Assembly: GCA_964016885.1 (NCBI GenBank)
Contig: OZ024748.1
Coordinates: 60,326,001-60,390,000, forward strand
Direction: 5' to 3'
Source: Eledone cirrhosa
Lineage: Eukaryota
Length of the DNA: 64,000 bases
The notes under the pieces were generated by a model that saw nothing but the letters and a program-made list of their open reading frames with translations, did no database searches and was not told the DNA's origin. This document shows, in pieces, positions 27,695-44,710 of this stretch. Positions within the stretch are counted from its first letter, which is position 1; the number at the start of each line of letters is the position of its first letter. The position numbers were made by a program, and so were the translations under genes.

Positions 27695-28966
27695 GGTTAC
27701 ACAATAGTTAGTTCACCATACCGAGAACAATTGTTTCACGTTAGCGGATCCTCAGCTCGTAATGGACATTGTTATACGGAATAGGAAGGACAACCGTACG
27801 AACGCGCATGCGCAGAAACCGTCACTTCAGACAGGCAATACTAAAAAGCGTGCGAGAGGTGTAAAGGAGATAACTGCGAAAGTCCGAAAAGTTTCTAGTT
27901 GATAAGATAAAGGATGTTGTTGTGATTCAGTCCGGAGATTTGTAGTTATGTAAGAGGTGTTTCGAGACGTGTGGACAACGTGTGAAGAATTTATTTCTCG
28001 TGTTTAGGCAATCACTATTGCATAATCTCTTTATAATATTTATTCCTTCATCAATACATAGTCAACACGACGGATTTTCCCTTGCGTATGGCTTGGACTT
28101 AGTGATGGCTTTCCATTGAATGGAGTAGTCTATACTTGAGTCCTTGAGGGACCTTACGTGGCTCGCGAGTTTCGTGAATGAACGTCTGTCCGGGTACCTA
28201 AAGGTCGACTGGTGGTTCTGGAAGCGTTCCTTAAATCGGCCCTCCACCATACCCACATAGGATTTGATCTGTGGTTGATTTGGTCGGTTGGAAGTGACCA
28301 CAGCTTCATAAATTACAGCGGCTGTGTTGCATTGCTGTTGAAGGGGACAAGCTTACGGCAAGATCACCCTGGTGGGGTGTTGCTCTTAGGGCTGTTGGTA
28401 ATGTGGGCCTTCATGTTCTTAGCGCAGGAGTATCCTAGTTTTACTTTGTGTCGGTTAAAGATGGAGCGGTATTTATGACCTATGGGAAAGTGTCTATCTA
28501 AGAGGGCTAGGCATTTTTTGCCTACATTGGTTTTAACGTTGAGTGAGAAGAGAGGAGAGAACCAGATAGTTTGTCTATTGTTACGGTTTCTTTTCTTATT
28601 GCTGTTGTTGATAGTGGGAGAGTAAGTGATAGGTTGCTAGAAACCGCTGTTAGCTAACCCGTGTTATAGTAGGGTGCCGCCTTGTCAAATATAGCCTTAT
28701 TAGGAGAGGTTTGAAATTCTAGTAATGATATTATTTACGAAGTTTCTAAAAGCATTGGGAGCGTGGGATGAGTCCTTGTGAATGTAATTGAGTTTTTCGT
28801 TTAGCTTATGGAAGGGTCTGCTTTTGCCTATGTGAAGTGACGGTTTCTGCGCATGCGCATTCGTACGGTTGTCCTTCCTGTTCCGTATAACCATGTTCAT
28901 TACGAGCTGAGGATCCGCTAAGGTGAAACAATTGTTCTCGGTATGGTGAGCTAACTGTTGTGAACC
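27691..28966 (-). mobile_element. 5'-truncated Penelope-like element (RT thumb and C-terminal GIY-YIG) with a 3' pseudo-LTR and an inverted pLTR copy
   Basis: Minus-strand translation gives YIHKDSSHAP, TIWFSPLFSLNVKTNVGKK, CPLQQQCNTAAVIYEAVVT and YVGMVEGRFKERFQNH...SIQWKAITKSKPY. 27694-27829 is inverted at 28833-28966. The 3' end runs into (TA)n. Confidence 0.9.
27722..27759 (-). ncRNA. pLTR hammerhead (mirror copy at 28903-28940, plus strand)
   Basis: cgag CTGAGGA tccgctaacgt GAAA c aatt gT T ctcg. Stem II is weak. Confidence 0.7.
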
Positions 28967-29527
28967 ACTTCTACCTAACTCGTCCCATGAACTGAGTGCT
29001 CTACCACTACGGATATTACCTTCCAGTGTTCTACCACTGTGTGTGTGAGTAACTCGAGGTGATGGAAAACACAACCACCAATCAATAATAGACTAGAACT
29101 CAAAACCCAATTTTCCAATTTTAACTTGATAGAGCTTCTAGCCCCATATTTACACCCCCCACACGCACACACACGCACGCACACATACACACACACACAC
29201 ACGCTTACACCTCCACTTATTCTCTCTCTCACACACACATACACACACAAAGACCAGTTCTAATACGAGATAACATCTATCCACCACATTTACGTATAGA
29301 CATATCTTCTCACACTCACACACACACACTCAGATACTTACACCTTCATGCATTCTCCCACACACTTAAACAGGCATGTACAAAAAAAAAAACCTTTAAA
29401 GGGAGACTACTCTTTATCCACCTAACCTTAACTCTTTGACATTAGAGATAGAACAGATACTCTATACCATTTCCTGTCAGCATGACTTGGCAAGCTATTT
29501 AGAACACTGGTTTAACCGCTTTACTTC

Positions 29528-29562
29528 CCTCCGAAGAAGAGATATTATCTCGAAAATTAAGG
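29528..29562 (+). ncRNA. Minimal hammerhead-like motif with U4C
   Basis: cct CCGAAGA a gagat att atctc GAAA atT A agg, then AATAAA, with (TA)n about 120 nt downstream. Confidence 0.55.
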
Positions 29563-29676
29563 ACATTTAAATAAATCTAAGGTAAAAGACTAATTGTCAA
29601 CAATATCTTTTGCATTTGCATTCTTTATTCTATGTCCATACCTGCATTGTTTTGGCTTTATTATACATATACAAAC

Positions 29677-29750
<74 letters not shown>

Positions 29751-29752
<2 letters not shown>

Positions 29753-29882
29753 CGAAGGAAATGTGGTAAGGAACCAGGTGGACCATAACGCACCAAAGTG
29801 CTCAATACTTAGGGTAGTAGAGTGGGTAATAGGAACGAGTAGGACCCCGACGGCTGAGCTCAAGCCGTTTCGACGGTAGATC
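29751..29882 (-). mobile_element. pLTR-like fragment of the GAAACGGCT family (3' half of a hammerhead)
   Basis: GAAA cggct tgagctc agccg TC gggg. Related copies at about 5310-5400, 36350-36403, 39985-40093, 55891-55948, 58968-59245 and 62170-62245. Confidence 0.75.
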
Positions 29883-30111
29883 AATAGAGATGTTGGGGGA
29901 GAAATATATGATTATCGACAGCATTATCATGTGTCCGTCCAATATATATTTTGTCTTTTGTCTAGACGAATAATTTGGATTGCTACTAATTTCCAACAAT
30001 ATATATATATATATATAAATATATATATAAATATATATATTTATATATATATTTATATATATATATATATTTATTTATATGTATATGTATATATGTATAT
30101 GTATATATGTA

Positions 30112-30190
<79 letters not shown>

Positions 30191-30201
30191 TATACATATA
30201 A

Positions 30202-30239
<38 letters not shown>

Positions 30240-30394
30240 TACATATAAATATATACATATAAATAAATATATATACATATAAAAATATATATATATATAT
30301 AAATATATATATAAATATATATATAAATATATATATAAATATATATATTTATATATATAAATATATACATATATATATATATATATACATATAA

Positions 30395-30428
<34 letters not shown>

Positions 30429-30500
30429 ATACATATAAATATATATTAATATATAAATATATATATATATACACATATAAATATATATATATATATACAC

Positions 30501-30543
<43 letters not shown>

Positions 30544-30619
30544 TGATAATTTTGATAACTTTGAAAGGTTTCGGCAAGTATTGGCCCAGGCCATGTCTAA
30601 TAGCACCACCTATACATAC

Positions 30620-31658
<1,039 letters not shown>

Positions 31659-31711
31659 TATATATAAATATATATATATATACATACATATAAATATATA
31701 TATATATACAC

Positions 31712-31766
<55 letters not shown>

Positions 31767-31793
31767 TAAATATATATATACACACATAAATAA

Positions 31794-32836
31794 ACCAGAT
31801 AGAAAAATGCGTACAGCAAAAAAAAGTAATATTGTTGGAATAAAAACCTTTAAAAATACAGAACAAGAAACTAAAATAAAACTTTAAAAGAATAGGACAA
31901 GAAACTAAGATAAAACTTTAAATAATTGGACAAGAAATAAAAAATTTTACAATAATATTAGTGGCAAAATTTTTATTGGTAAAAAATCGAGTTCCACATT
32001 CATAGGCTCTGGGTACCACACTCAGAGGTCGTCGTCAGACCGGGGGGTTCATTTGATCCTGGTTTGAACACCAATTGGGCCATAACCATACCCCTATTTC
32101 ATCATTCGGCGACACGCCTCATTTGTCATGCATAATGTGAATGGACCCATGGGCCCATGAGCACAGATCTTGAGCAGCAGCGGACGGTCTTGTCGTCCCG
32201 CTCATCCTTGATCTTGACCAACCCGTCCATCTTCTCCTTGCATCTTGTCCTTGAGTTCAAGTCCGGCAGTCCAGATGAATGCGTGCCACAGCTTTCTGGT
32301 ACAGGAAGGGGGAGCAGGAGGACTGGAGGGATGACGGGACAGAGGGAGGGAGGTGCCGTAGTCGGTGGTCAGAGTCGACATCTTGTCCCGGTCGTCTTCT
32401 CCATCTTCGTCTGGTGTTGCGGGACCAGAAGTGCATTCTTGGAGGAGACCTGCAGCTGCATCGGCCAATTCTTCTTGCAATGGTCATTCTGACGGAGCAG
32501 AACTGCTCAGCCAACCAACCCTAACCAGAACCAACCACTCAGGGTCAACGCACAATGAGAGCATGACAATTATTATGCACTAATCAAGAAGATACTGGGG
32601 CATAGCACAGGGAACGAATAAAAAAATTTTGCCACTAATATTATTGTAAAATTTTTTATTTCTTGTCCAATTCTTTAAAGTTTTATCTTAGTTTCTTGTC
32701 CTATTCTTTTAAAGTTTTATCTTAGTTTCTTGTCCTATTCTTTTAAAGTTTTATTTTAGTTTCTTGTCCTGTATTTTTAAAGGTTTACATTCCAACGAGA
32801 TTACTTTTTTTTGCTGTACGCATTTTTCTATCTGGT
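31794..32836 (-). mobile_element. Fold-back element: AT-rich arms with 34-bp subrepeats around a GC-rich 640-bp core
   Basis: 31794-31977 is inverted at 32617-32836, and the right arm has one extra 34-mer. A degenerate hammerhead lies at 31978-32041. Confidence 0.75.
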
Positions 32837-33248
32837 CTACTATTTTTTAAGGCAATGCAAGCAACAACTATCTAATAATTAAATGATCATAGTGAATTAC
32901 TGACAAGTGATTGACATTTTAAAGTTCTTTTGAGTATAATTGCAATCTAGTTGAGGCAACTGGCTTAATGACAAAGCTACGTCATTTCTGGATTACCTCC
33001 CCTAGCGTCACGCTTACTACTCACTCACTTGAACACAAGATTTATCAGCAAACTTTGATTATAAACTTTTTCCCGCTGGACCAAATTTCTAGATTTTTAA
33101 GCCAAAATGCGTAATGGTCTACTGTTCATGTTCATATAAGGTTTATCTCAGTTAAATAAAGTAGAGCCGCGCTGTACTGTCGTAAACAGACGATTGCCAA
33201 CGAAAACACGACCACAACAATATTACTAAACGGAGAACCGTCCGTTTA

Positions 33249-33316
<68 letters not shown>

Positions 33317-33419
33317 AAATATAAATATATATATATATAGATACATAAATATATATATATATAAATGTATATATACACATACATATAAATATATATATAT
33401 ACATATAAATATATATATT

Positions 33420-33466
<47 letters not shown>

Positions 33467-33468
33467 GC

Positions 33469-33518
<50 letters not shown>

Positions 33519-33520
33519 GC

Positions 33521-33589
<69 letters not shown>

Positions 33590-33600
33590 TATATATACAC

Positions 33601-33683
<83 letters not shown>

Positions 33684-33690
<7 letters not shown>

Positions 33691-34048
33691 AAAAGAGGAT
33701 GAAATCGAAAATGCAACTGGAGTCTTATTTAAAAAAAAAATATATATTTATTTGGTTCCTTTACCGGTTTCGCAGTTCTTCTGCTTTTCAAAAGGTGAGT
33801 TGAGATGGAGGGTCTGTGGTTTTTCTCACATTTTTCTGATGTGAGAAAAACCACAGATCCTCCATCTCAACTCACCTTTTGAAAAGCAGAAGAACTGCGA
33901 AACCGGTAAAGGAACCAAATAAATATATTTAAAAAAAAAAAAATAAGACTCCAGTTGCATTTTCGATTTCATCTTTTTTTCTTTATACTTTCACTCGTGT
34001 AGGACACCTCGGTTATTTTTTCAATTTGTAAAAAAAACCTCACTTTCT
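33684..34048 (+). mobile_element. About 300-bp palindrome between (TA)n tracts, with a hammerhead in each arm
   Basis: 33684-33831 is inverted at 33839-33987, with a 7-nt loop. Confidence 0.9.
33875..33912 (+). ncRNA. Hammerhead with a U3-A8 variant core (mirror copy at 33758-33795)
   Basis: cctt TTGAAAA gcag aagaa ctgc GAAA ccggT A aagg, with AATAAA 5 nt later. Confidence 0.8.
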
Positions 34049-34172
<124 letters not shown>

Positions 34173-34214
34173 TATATATATAAATATATATATATACATA
34201 TATATATGTATATA

Positions 34215-34282
<68 letters not shown>

Positions 34283-34948
34283 CATTTAATAATGGCGGGT
34301 AGTATGTGTCTGTTTCTAGAAATAATTTAATAAAGGTAAAATAACTCTAAATATTCATAGCTCAGCTACTAAATTTTTTGCCGGTATTACTGTTTGATTT
34401 TTGTTATTTATTTCAAACTTTACTATTTCCTCAACCATAGCAAGTGAATTTAAATTGAAAGCAAACCACGAAACTTAACGTTCTGTGTAACTATGAAAAC
34501 GAGAATAAAAAAAGGATAATATAATGAACATAAAACAAAGGCAAAATGACAGAAATGAACAAATATGAAAACAAAGAATGTATTTTAATAATCGAAGGAC
34601 CGTGAGACATTCCAATCAATGGAGAATCCCAATATATTGATAGCTAAATAATGGTTCATAAAGTTTATGCAGATATATAAAAACGACATCGATTTAAGTA
34701 AAACCATATGTAAAAGCAAAACATTAGTGAAAGTTGGTAACATTTGTAGACATATATATCAACCATTACTTTGCTATGATATATAATACAAAAAAAAAAA
34801 AAGGTAGTGACGTGTTTTGGTATATTTATACATGATGGAACCGAATGGCACCCAGTCCATTTTCTCACACATTTCTTTACACAAACGTTCATTTCATATA
34901 CGTACGTACAAACACATATAGTCATATATGTATGCACACACACACACG

Positions 34949-34982
<34 letters not shown>

Positions 34983-35110
34983 CGTGCCAGTATCACTAAC
35001 ACATTAATGATTGATGTTCTGTTGAACGGATTTATTTTCCAAGCACCGTACCAATATGGATGGGTACACATACATATATACACACACACATATATGTATA
35101 CACATATATT

Positions 35111-35172
<62 letters not shown>

Positions 35173-35249
35173 CATATATATATATTTTTTATGTATATGT
35201 AAATATATATATATTTATATATACAGATATATGTACATATATATACATA

Positions 35250-35309
<60 letters not shown>

Positions 35310-35326
35310 CATATGTATATATATGT

Positions 35327-35436
<110 letters not shown>

Positions 35437-35499
35437 GTACATATACATATATATAGGTATATATATATAATATGTACATATACATGTATACATATATAT

Positions 35500-36288
<789 letters not shown>

Positions 36289-36401
36289 TATATATGTATA
36301 TGTACATATATATATGTGTACATATATATGTACATGTACATATATATGGACTGAATTAGCGGTCGAAACGGCTTGAGCTCAGCCGTCGGGTCCTACTTGT
36401 T

Positions 36402-36474
<73 letters not shown>

Positions 36475-36587
36475 CTATATATATATACATGCACATAATT
36501 ACATATTATATATATATGCATATGAATATAAATATATACATATAATATAAATATAAATACACACACACACACACACATATACATATA

Positions 36588-36683
<96 letters not shown>

Positions 36684-37217
36684 TAGGTATGTATGTGTAC
36701 CGATTGTTTGGAAATGAAAAAGGAATTGATGCGAATAAATGTCAGTCTTTTGATTCCAGCATATTACTTTAGACATTATATAATGTAGAGGTTATTGCAT
36801 TTAGTCTACTGTACATGCATATATACACACACACATACATATATATATGTATATATATACATATATGGACTCATACATATATAGATATATACATGCATAC
36901 AATAGCTCACACACATATACATATATTATATATGTCTGTGTGTATGCGTGTGTGTGTGTCTATGTGTTCGTGCGTGTGTACGTGTGTGTGTGTTACTGCA
37001 TGTGTTATCTTTCAAAGTAGGATATTACAGAGAAAAAAACAATAATTTTTAAAAGTTACATATCTATATATTCACTTATGTAATTGTATATTATCTCATA
37101 TGCTTACTGTGTATGGATACACCTCTATATACGTTTGTATATATATATGTATCTACACGCACACACACACACTCTCTCACACACACAGACACACTCACTC
37201 ACACACACACACACACG

Positions 37218-37249
<32 letters not shown>

Positions 37250-37398
37250 ATACGTGTGTGTCTGTGTGTTGTATGTAGCTGAATATGTATGTAAGTATGT
37301 ATATATGTATCTTTTTGTAGACGGTGTATAAAAGAAAAAACTGGAAAGCAGAGACGAGAAGAGACAATCTATAAATAGTTAGAGAGAGAGGGAGAGAG

Positions 37399-37499
<101 letters not shown>

Positions 37500-37582
37500 A
37501 GGACAGTGTGATAAGGAGAAAGAGAGAGTCTCAGAGACAAACAGACCGACAGATAAGCAGAGTGAGAGAGAGAGAGATAGAG

Positions 37583-37618
<36 letters not shown>

Positions 37619-38057
37619 GGTGAGAGAAAAATTCGTAGACAGATACTTACTGAGACACACATACAGATACATAAAGAGTGTCTGAGAGACAAACACACAG
37701 ACAGATAACCAGAGAGATAGAGAGAGTGCGCGTGTGTGTGAGTGTGTGTGTGTGAGTGAGAAGAGATTTGTAGAGAGGCGGGGTGTGATCGGGAAGAAGA
37801 ATAGGAATTAAAAATGGCGACAGTTTTATCACAAAAGTTACTACTTGAGGTTATGGAAATATTCGACTCTGATAAAGCGACATTTTAAAACCTTTATTGA
37901 AAACGCTGTGATGTTTTTACAAAAGCAATTTTGACAGCAAGTTTATAATTCTGACAGATGTTATTACTCGTAAAACGTTTACTTAAGCACACTTCATTTG
38001 GTTTCACACGGCTTATGGATAGTTACGTACTTATATTCAGTTATTTATTTTTGTATG

Positions 38058-38141
<84 letters not shown>

Positions 38142-39998
38142 CATATATATGTATATATATATATAATATAATATGCGCACTTGTACATAGATATATATAT
38201 ATATGTATAATATAATATAATATGCGTACATTTATACATATATTAAAATATATATATATATATATATATATGCGTACATTTACACACACACATATGTGTG
38301 TTTGAGTGCGTATGATATGCGTACTTGTACATATATATTATATATATAATATATATGATATAATATGCGTACATTTACACATATAATATATTACGTACAT
38401 ACATATACATACATACATGCATACATGTAAGTTTATTTGAGTTATGGTTGATGATTTAGTTTTATTTATTTTATTGGCAGAAAATTAAAAGGAAGATCCC
38501 TTTTTTTTATAACAGGCTCCGCGGTCCAAGATAGGATCTAGCCCTTATAATCGGCTATATGATTATAATCTAAATTATACGGATTATTTTCTAAATTAAG
38601 TGCGGCAAATGTTCACTCTGGCTCATTAGCCATTTACTTTTGATAGAATATATGAATATATCATTAAGAGGAACGAAATTCCAGCATTATACATTCTTAG
38701 GTAAAAGGAAATACCTATTGCAGAGACCCTTTAACACAGAATCTTTTTGATGTGATGGTTATTGAGGCGGTGGGTTTGGGAGATTGCTCTAGATGTAGAA
38801 TTGTATAAAATCTTTGAGTAGAAATCTTCAGTTTGATTTTGAGATGGAATAGCCGCAGGTGTTCCTAGGATTATCTGGTAAAACAAAACAAAACATTAAG
38901 TAATGGTATATGAAGCACTCTATAATGAGGACCAATTTTAGTTTTCTCTGATGACGCAATAATATACCAAAAATAATTGTTTCTACTTTTTGGCACAAGG
39001 CTAGCAATTACCCAGTGCATTACTTGTACTTTATTTTTTCGACCCGTAAGGATGAAAGGCAAAGTTAATACCAAAAATAATGGTTTCAGATTTAGGCACA
39101 AGGCCAGAAAATTTGGAGAAGGAGAAGGTCAATTAGATTGACTCCAGTTTGTTACTGGTATTTTATTTTATCGAGCTCGTAAGGATGGGAAGCAAAGCTA
39201 TCTTCGGTCACATTTGAACTCAGAATGTAAAGACGTAAATTCCTTTGTAAAAAATAAGAATGTAGTATATAACATTATTGCGAATACGCGTGGCTTAGTG
39301 GTTAGAGCGTTGTCTGTTCGATTCTCAGTTCGAGTGATGTGATGTATCCTTGAGCAAGACACTTTATTTCACGTTGCTACAATTTACTCAGGTTTAGAAA
39401 TGCATTGCGACGTCACTGGTTAAAAATTGTGTCAGCATGTGTCTTTCCATTGGACGACATCGGTGGCTAGTTGTTGCATCCTTACCTTTGTGGCCTGTGG
39501 CCTTACATATGTACTCCTTGTAGAATTAAGTTACCCGAAGACCAGACCTTAACGAGGTTCATGGATTATCCCTCTAATGAGCGGTTTCGGAAATTTTGAC
39601 AAAGACGGTTTTACATGGAGTTTGAAATATCATCGAGATAATGTTTTTACTTTCGTGATATATATATATATACATATAATGTATGTGTGTGTGTGTGTGT
39701 TGGGGGGGGGGGGGGTGAATGCGTGGATGGGTGAGTGTGCATACATGCATATATGTATACACACACACACATATGTATATATATACACACTCATATACAT
39801 ACATATATATTCACACACATATACATATATACATATACATACATATACATTCACACACATATACATATATATAGATATATATACATATACATACATATAT
39901 ATGTGTGTATGTGTAAAGCTGCTCCAAAATAGCTTGGCATCGTCAACATATATGTATATATAATTATATTTATATATATATATATAGGAACGAGTAGG

Positions 39999-40093
39999 AC
40001 CCCGACGGCTGAGCTCAAGCCATTTCGACGGCTAATTCTGGACTAAATAAAATTTTTTATCCTGGTATTTGAATAGCCGAGCTTCTCAGGGGT
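39999..40093 (-). ncRNA. Near-complete hammerhead of the GAAACGGCT family with a long stem II loop
   Basis: accc CTGAGAA gctcggcta...tagccgtc GAAA tggct tgagctc agccg TC ggggt. G8 is mutated. Confidence 0.6.
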
Positions 40094-40275
40094 AATTCCA
40101 TATATGGTAAAAGTGATTGTCACAAGGATTGGTCAAAAGTTTGTTGTTGAGACATAATAATTCTATCATGGCAATTTGTGGAGGGAAGGGGTAGCTGAAC
40201 CTGCCAGTAGAAGAAAGAGGGAGAGGGGGTGGAGGAAACCCAGTCGTGCGTTGATAGTGCCAACTACAGCTGGGC

Positions 40276-40323
<48 letters not shown>

Positions 40324-40387
40324 CAAATTTAGACGGGAACAAATCAGAGAGGCAGACAAATAAAGGTTTAATAGGTTCACGGTCTTG

Positions 40388-40419
<32 letters not shown>

Positions 40420-40447
40420 CACGTTTCGGGCATAAGCCCTTCAGGAT
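40420..40447 (-). ncRNA. Degenerate hammerhead relic
   Basis: cCTGAA gggc ttat gccc GAAA cgt. The core is shortened and the 3' stem is lost. Confidence 0.4.
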
Positions 40448-41022
40448 AAATAGGTTAGGAAGAGAATTCCGAGGGTGTGTGGAAATACATTTAGAAAAAA
40501 GGGGGAAGGAGAACAAATAAAAATAATAATAAAAATAAACGTAAAAATAAACATAAGAATTAACAACAAGATGAGCAAGTGGTGGAAGTGTGTGAGGCGT
40601 GTAAGGGTGGTGGCGGGTGGAGTTGCGCGAGGGAGGCAGCGGGTCGAAGCGGGGAAGGCTGAAGGTGGTGTTTGTGTATGTGTGTAGGTGTACGTGAGTG
40701 TGTGTGTGTATGTGAGAAGAAGGACGATGTTCCATGTTCTGGATTCCGGAGGTTGAGAGTGTATATAAGTGGGGGTACGCTCGTGTGTGTTTGTGTTTAT
40801 ATGTGATGAGGATGTGGGTGGCGTGGTGCGAAGAAAAATGTGAATGTCTGTTCGTGGGTAAGTTCCTGAGGTAGTTCCATCAAGTGTGAGAAGAGTTGCT
40901 AGATGTTTTCCATGGTATGGAGTGGATGGCTGGAGAAGTGTCCGGTGGTGTGGAATCCAATGTTGGTGGTGGTCGGAAGTGGAGGGAAGCGGGGTGCGCG
41001 CGCAACAGGAAGTGGTTAGAGG

Positions 41023-41054
<32 letters not shown>

Positions 41055-41750
41055 GCGTAGTATGTGTGGGTGTTTGAATGCTTGCGTATCTGTGTCTATA
41101 TTTCTAGGTGCTTATGATTGAGATGTGCATCTGTATATCAATATGAACGATTTCCATGCTTTGGTTAGTTTAATAGATTTGAAGCCTACATTTCTATGAG
41201 ACCCGGCAGCACACTCTAATATCCTTTTCATCAAATTTCCCTAGTAGGGATACAATAGTATTGGGTTTCCTAAAGACAGAATCTCCTCACCCTTACCAAA
41301 TATGTTGTAGAATTGGATAAAGGAACCGATAATTAAGGCAGAGGAAGGAAGAAGGAAAGAAAGAAGGGTTATTACTTTAATGTCTTTTATTCATTCATTC
41401 AACTGACTGAAAGTAATTTTCGTTTGGAATGAGAATGTTTCCTATATGGAAATCTTGCTCATCCCGTCTCATTATCATTCAAGGGAAATAGATACTTTAT
41501 CTACCTACCTATATTATGTATGCATATATATATATATATAAAGAGAGAGAGAGAGAGAGATTTATATATATACTATACATATACATACATTTATATATAT
41601 GTACATTCATATATATATATATATATATATAAAGAGAGAGAGAGAGAGAGATATTAATATATATATACTATATATATACATACATTTATATATATATATA
41701 TTATATATATACATAAATATATATACATACATATATATATATATACATAA

Positions 41751-41794
<44 letters not shown>

Positions 41795-42056
41795 CATAAA
41801 TATATATACATACATTTATATATATATACATAAATATATATACATACATTTATATATATACATAAATTTATATATATATTTTATATATATACATAAATAT
41901 ATATACATACATTAATATATATATATACATAATATATATACATACATTTATATATATATATAAATATATGTATATACATATAAGATTATATATATATAAA
42001 TATATGTATATACATATAAGATTATATATATATAAATATATGTAGATCCATATAAG

Positions 42057-42162
<106 letters not shown>

Positions 42163-42268
42163 TATATATATGCATATATGTATATATATGCTTATATATA
42201 TATGTATATATATATATGCTTATATATATATATGTGCTTTTATATATATATATATATATACATATATG

Positions 42269-42365
<97 letters not shown>

Positions 42366-44439
42366 ATGTCTGGTATTTTGTCAAAGAATGTTTTACACAT
42401 GAGCGACAATTAACCGCCAATTCTTAAATCATATTACTGAGATAGCAAGCAATAGAGAATATAACGTTGACCTTACAGTCACCAAAATGGCGATTGTGAA
42501 CACAGCTACAATTGTCTCCTTCGCTTGTTCACTGCGTCGAAAATCAGTAATCTTCCTTATATGGTGCTGAATATCTGTAAAAGTCTGTGAGGGTAACTAG
42601 GGAAGGAGGCTTTAAGAGATACGAAGAAACCCGAGACGGACAATGGATGCAAGAAATGAAAGTTTTATCGTAATTGATACAGTATATGTATTGTGTCCTA
42701 GGTGATAAGATGAGAGATCATGTAAAGGTTACTGTTTAGATCCACTACGATGGAGGTAAGGTGTGGAAGTGGATACAAACTCTTACATCATCTTGTCAAT
42801 AACACATTCCATGCTCCAAAGGTGGTTGATGAATTGAGTAACCCTTTAGAGCGTAGCATTATATGTTTTCTCGGGTTTGTTCAGTGTTCAGGCTTTGTGC
42901 TCTCTGTGTTCAAATCTCTGAGGCGAATGCTTCCATTTCCCTGCGTCTCTGACACTGCATTTGTCTTTCACTAGAGATGCTAAATCTGTTACTTTTCACA
43001 TGTGTCTCCAATAAAAACAGCTAACTCTTACTTTTAACATGTGGCTCCAATAAAAACAGCTAAATCTACTACTTTTCCCATGTGGCTCCAATAAAAAAAA
43101 GTTTAAAGTCTCTTTCGAGCCCCAGGTTTCATCAGAACAGTGATTATTTCCATGGCGTGGATCGACTGAGAATGGAAGACTCCCCTCCCCAAAGACAGGA
43201 TGCCAGTCCATTGCAGAGTTAAAATCTCCAGCTACTGCTGGTACTCATTTTCAACTGAGCATTGCTGGAACGCACCTCACAACCCAGTCTAGGAATTATA
43301 CTCACGACATTGTGGATCTAAAATGAGTTACAGTTTGTGTTTTATCAACACTACCAAAATAGATCTATGATTAAAAACAATCCAAAGATGACCATTAGTC
43401 TAAATTTCAGACATAATCTATGCATGCCTCCATTATCTAATGCATGAAGCGCAGCCCTTACAGGGTCGCTAATAGGGTAATGCAATAGGGTCGATTTAAT
43501 CGACTTTCCCTTCCACCAAATTGTTGAACTTGTGCCTAAATCAGAAACCGTTATTCGGGAAGGTCATAATTTTGAATACATAGGCCCTAGGATGTTATTG
43601 GTACTTTATTTATTTGCCCTGAAAGAACCGGAATGATGAACACAAGACGTCTTGTCCGATGTTCACACGATTCTGCTAATGTGCTGCCACTTAATTAATG
43701 TATGTGAAGATAAAATTGTACGTTAAGTTGGGAATAATTAGCTATTCTCAGTTTGGAAATTAAATTTTATCGCATAACTAGGAAAATATGAATAAAATAA
43801 AATAAAATAAATCAATGTAATTTATTTTAATTTTAATTTTACGATGAGGAGAGAAATTTAAATAATTGTAATTAATATTTATGACGTTTATTCCTCACAC
43901 TATATTGTTACAGTCATACATAGAACGTCACTTACAGAACGAAACAGACACAGACATAAAGACAGACACACACACATATATATATATATACATACACAAA
44001 CACACGTCTGTTTTGTTCTTCGTAATACTGATAAAACGTAATACAAGTTGAACAATAAAAAAAACAAATAATCGTAATATATGCCTAATCACAAGATATT
44101 TTGGTGAATAAATGCAAATGAGTTAGGAAGTAGCAAAATATTTTTTTATTTTTCAACTTAGGAACTTGTGAGAACGTTATTTAGTGGATGTATGCAAATG
44201 AATTAACGTTATAAAGTGTTCAACATCGTTAAAATCAACTTAATATATAAAGAAATAGAACCGTCTGCGTACATTATTCAGTACATAACCTCAAGTGCTA
44301 GTTATTTAAATTCATGCCATTGGCTCACTCTGAGTTATTTCTTTGAGCCCACTTTTTGTAACCATGTAAACAAATACTTCATTGAGATTTAGCTGTAGTC
44401 TGACATAAATGTAGTTTGGATTTCGTTTGTTTAAAGAAG

Positions 44440-44710
44440 TCATGCGGACCGCGAAGCTTTCTGAATGGCTCGCCTAAGTCACCTAAGTGAAATCTTTCTG
44501 ATTTTTTTACACAAACTTTTCAGTCGTAATTTATCTTTATCTTTCTATCATTTTTACGATCGAGGAACACAACGTGTCCGATTTCTGAAGAAACATATCA
44601 AAACAAACTTTTTTTTAATGCGCGCACGAATGTAAAGTAGCGCTTGCGGCTCGCCTTATGATGAGATATATCTCATGCGGCCCACTTCTCGAAAACAGTT
44701 GCCCATGCCT
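44440..44710. mobile_element. Possible hAT-type non-autonomous fragment
   Basis: Ends gcggccc...gttgcccatgcctg (reverse: CAGGCATGGGCAAC), resembling hAT termini. No partner TIR found. Confidence 0.35.

Noticed and set aside
40700-41300. Possible degraded Penelope endonuclease upstream of the 40420 relic
   Set aside because: No convincing protein motifs by eye.
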